NCBI RefSeq assembly: GCF_006345805.1
Contig: NW_021827405.1
Span: 1-10,402, forward strand
Reading direction: 5' to 3'
Source of the DNA: Octopus sinensis
Lineage: Eukaryota
DNA length: 10,402 nucleotides
In this document: positions 7,753 through 10,402 of the stretch, one piece after another
Numbering within the stretch: the stretch's first letter is position 1
How the letters are laid out: the number at the start of each line of letters is the position of its first letter
The notes under the pieces: generated by a model
Databases searched by the model: none
Told to the model about the DNA's origin: nothing
What the model saw: the letters and a program-made list of their open reading frames with translations, nothing else
Made by a program: the position numbers and the translations under genes

Positions 7753-9057
7753 GAGATGTATTCAAAATGCATCTGACCTTTGAGCATGAAAATAAAACAA
7801 TTTTGTACATTTCACAAATATCATTTGATCGCCTTCAAAATATTTCTCTTGGAAGTTGACACACTTCTCCCAGTGGTTCTGCCACAACTGATAACACTTC
7901 TGGAGCACCTCTGGAATGCTTACGGAACCCAACTGTCGCTTTTCTCATAATTTCCTCTCGCGACTGAAATCGTTTCTCTTTCAGCATGGTTTTCAGTTTG
8001 GCGGAGGGCCAGGGGTCACACATTGCAAAATCAGGAGAGTAGGAAGCCTGTCGAACAAGTGATGTGTTGTTATTGACTAAGAAAGCTTGGATTATGTGGG
8101 CAGAATAAGCGGGCGCATTGTCATGGTGAAGTTGCCAATTCTTCGCCACCCACGTCTGGCCGATTTCGATGCATAGCATCACGAAAGCAACGTATAACCT
8201 CCAGGTTATAGCTTCCTTAATGATTGATTGGTGTGTATTCATGATGCACGATACCACGGGAGTTGAAGAAACAGGTTACATTACTTTCACATTGCTGCGA
8301 ACCTGTCGTGCTTTTTAGGAGCTCTGGTGATTACGGATGCTTCATTTGGAAGGACTGGAACTTGGTTTCCGGATCGTAACCATAAACCCATGTCTCATTG
8401 CCGGTGATGATAGTCTTCATGAAGTCCGGGTTGTGGTTTGCACAGTCCAGCATATCCTGAACGATTTCCATTCGGAGTTGCTTATGCTGCTCCGCCAGCA
8501 CCTTGGGTACGAATTTCACCAACAGTCTCCACATGCACAAATCCTCCGTTAAAATGGAATGCACTGATCCTGTGCTTGTTCCCACTTCATCAACAATTTC
8601 CTGGATTGTTACCTGACTGTCTTCCACGATCATTCGCTGAACCTTCTCAATCGTTCTGGTTTGTGGATGGCTACCCGAGTGTGCCTTGCTCTCTCTAAAG
8701 TGCAGCCAGTCTGAATCAGTTGTACCACTCCTTGATCTGAGTTTTGTCCATGGCTTCATCGCCAATGGTCTGCTGAGTCTTCTGGATGGTGCGATCTGAG
8801 TATCATCAAGCTCCTGCAAATTTCATGTAATATCTCTGCTCGATAAGATCGGGTTTTCTTGCGGGGAAACGAAAATCCGTCAAACGCACACTACACGCCT
8901 GTACTCTAGGCGTAGCAACCGGAAATTGACGCGGCTATCGGCGCGAAAATGTTTCACCGCGCAGGAAGGTAGCATCACGTCCCATCCAAAGGGTTTTGGT
9001 CACGTGGCATTAGCTTCGGCAGGAAAAAGTACAACGGATACTTTTGAACGCACCTCG
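7752..9057 (-). mobile_element. Full-length decayed mariner (DD34D) DNA transposon, 1306 bp
   Basis: Imperfect TIRs: ACGAGATGTATTCAAAATGCATCTG (7751-7775) vs reverse complement of 9035-9058 ACGAGGTGCGTTCAAAA-GTATCCG (19/25). Canonical ~1.3 kb length. Transposase pseudogene inside. Inserted in a (TA)/(CA) tract, with the TA TSD not cleanly preserved. Confidence 0.92.
7825..8856 (-). pseudogene. Mariner transposase pseudogene (multiple frameshifts and stops)
   Basis: Motifs in order: IEQRYYMKFC; GDEAMDKTQIKEWYN*F (HTH); TIQEIVDEVGTSTGSVHSILTEDL; FVPKVL (WVPHEL equivalent); IITGNETWVYGYDPETK (first D changed to N); KARQVRSNVKVM; HHDNAPAY; YSPDFAMCD (exactly 34 aa between D2 and D3); WEKCVNFQEKYFEGD. 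Confidence 0.93.
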
Positions 9058-9504
9058 TTAACACCCACGCACGCGTGCACATATACGAAGGAAAAATGAG
9101 AAAATAGGAAAGCTTCTGACAATGTGGAATGTTTCACAAAACCTTTATAGTTCAGGTGTAAAGGCCCATCCTCAGAAAAAAAAAACAGTCATGGAAATGT
9201 CTAGCTCTACAGGTTCCGTTAATCCATTCAAATCCCCTATTATAAGCGAACTACAGCGTTCTTGTACGTACGTATGTAGATATACACATAAATACACCCA
9301 TATATATTATTACATACATATATTCAACACACACACACGCACGCACGCACTACTTTCTCGCAAAATGTTAATTTATTGCTACTTTGTAACACAATCCGTC
9401 ACCTTTCGAAAACTTTATGCAGCTGTTTTCTGAAACTTATTTTATTTTTTAAAACTGATCTTTCAAGCCTGCGTAGACGAATGAATCGGATTCTTTCCAA
9501 TATA

Positions 9505-9652
9505 TTTTATTTCATCGATTTCGTTAGGATGAAGGCATTGTAAAAGTAAAACAGAGTCAGCTTCGTCCGAATTTGAAGTAACAGAAATGAAAGATAAATA
9601 CTGGAAGAAATTTCTTTTTGATCCAGTGTTCTACGTTCTATGCCAAACCAGT
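9505..9652 (-). mobile_element. Highly degenerate SINE family B copy
   Basis: TTCATCGATTTCGTTAGGATGAAGGC...AGAGTCAGCTTCGTCCGAATTTGAAGTAACAGAA... is colinear with 7144-7260 (TTTTATCGACACAGAAAGGGTGAAGTGC AAAGTCGATCACGGCGGAATTTGAACACAGAA). Confidence 0.5.
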
Positions 9653-9662
9653 CTATTCTGGA

Positions 9663-9785
9663 ATTCTTTATAATTCATTTTTAATTGTAGCACCATTTGA
9701 ATAGTTTAGTTGAACAAACCGACCCCAATACCTATTTTTTAAAGTTTGATACTTATACTATCTGTATCTTATGCCGAAACGCCAG
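9663..9785 (-). mobile_element. Degenerate 3' part of SINE family C, inverted relative to 5142-5352
   Basis: Reverse complement of 9706-9742 matches 5257-5293 at 32/37. Followed by (GT)n/(CA)n at 9786-9849. Confidence 0.7.
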
Positions 9786-9812
9786 TGTGTGTGTGTGTGT
9801 GTGAGGCAACAC

Positions 9813-9851
<39 letters not shown>

Positions 9852-9950
9852 TATATAAAAAAAATATTAATCTTAAAGCAGTTAATGAGTTTTTTTGTTT
9901 GTTGATGTTTTAAATATGTCATCCTTTATTTGTTTTCTTTTTTTTTCCAG

Positions 9951-10077
9951 GAAAATTTCACGGAGAATTTATTAATAGCCGATAATTTTGATAAATATTT
10001 CTGCTGCTATTTATCATCATTTCCGTCCAGGTTAAATGTAAATATTTCCTGGCAGCAGTCCAAGAAAAAGAGATACA
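9951..10077 (+). other. Candidate exon (unknown product or UTR/lncRNA)
   Basis: Strong acceptor TTTGTTTTCTTTTTTTTTCCAG|G at 9950/9951 and possible donor CA|GTAAGG at 10077/10078. Only one frame is open, and the peptide is not recognised. Confidence 0.25.
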
Positions 10078-10249
10078 GTAAGGGAGATCTTAGATTATTC
10101 CTGGCTACTTCTGGCGGGGCAAGAAGTTCGAATGTCAAATCAAAGAGCAACGCAGAAGATACATGTAGAAAATGCATATTTTATATTTCTGTTACTTTCT
10201 TTCTTTTCGTTGGCGATTTCTTTTCCTTCTTCGGACTTTTCCTTTCTCC

Positions 10250-10283
10250 TTTCCGACGAAGAGCTATGCTCAAAACGTCAAAA
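10250..10283 (+). ncRNA. Degenerate type I hammerhead-ribozyme-like motif (Penelope/retrozyme type)
   Basis: TTT-CCGACGA-A-GAGC-TAT-GCTC-AAAAC-GTC-AAAA. It contains a CUGANGA-like box (one mismatch), a 4-bp stem II, a GAAAC-like box (G to A) and a GUC triplet. Both core boxes are mutated. Confidence 0.3.
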
Positions 10284-10402
10284 CTCTCTCCTCCTTTCAC
10301 CAAACGTCAAGTAACATATTTCATATGCACATCCTCATGTTGTCTTGTTTTTATTCGTTTACTTGAATTGTTTCCGTCTTCCTTCTTTGGACTTTTTTCT
10401 AT

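Noticed and set aside
7835-8819. Functional or domesticated transposase (SETMAR/GVQW3-like gene)
   Set aside because: Multiple frameshifts, stops and a catalytic D to N change, with TIRs still flanking. Plus-strand ORFs 8337-8698 are antisense shadows.
1-10402. CRISPR array, prokaryotic operon or defence system
   Set aside because: No regularly spaced repeat-spacer array and no gene-dense coding. The sequence is eukaryotic repeat-rich DNA.

Overview
AT-rich, microsatellite-dense, non-coding eukaryotic DNA. The SINE and microsatellite content looks like an octopod cephalopod intron or intergenic region (inference from recalled repeat families, not verified). No intact protein-coding gene is present, and most ORFs in the track are microsatellite or antisense artefacts. 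The window is largely a mosaic of transposon relics: (1) a 1222-bp internally deleted Merlin/IS1016-like DNA transposon (516-1737) with 20-bp TIRs, a perfect 9-bp TSD and a transposase C-terminus missed by the ORF track; (2) a full-length, decayed 1306-bp DD34D mariner (7752-9057, minus); (3) the 3' end of an R4/Dong-like RLE non-LTR retrotransposon inside a trinucleotide repeat; (4) an RTE-clade LINE fragment; (5) three tRNA-SINE families, one copy young with an 11-bp TSD, stacked and nested around 6.8-9.8 kb; (6) a candidate MITE, a degenerate hammerhead-like motif and a possible exon near the 3' end. I found no evidence of a wholly new biological system. The Merlin element carrying paired X-box/CCAAT motifs is the most interesting item.
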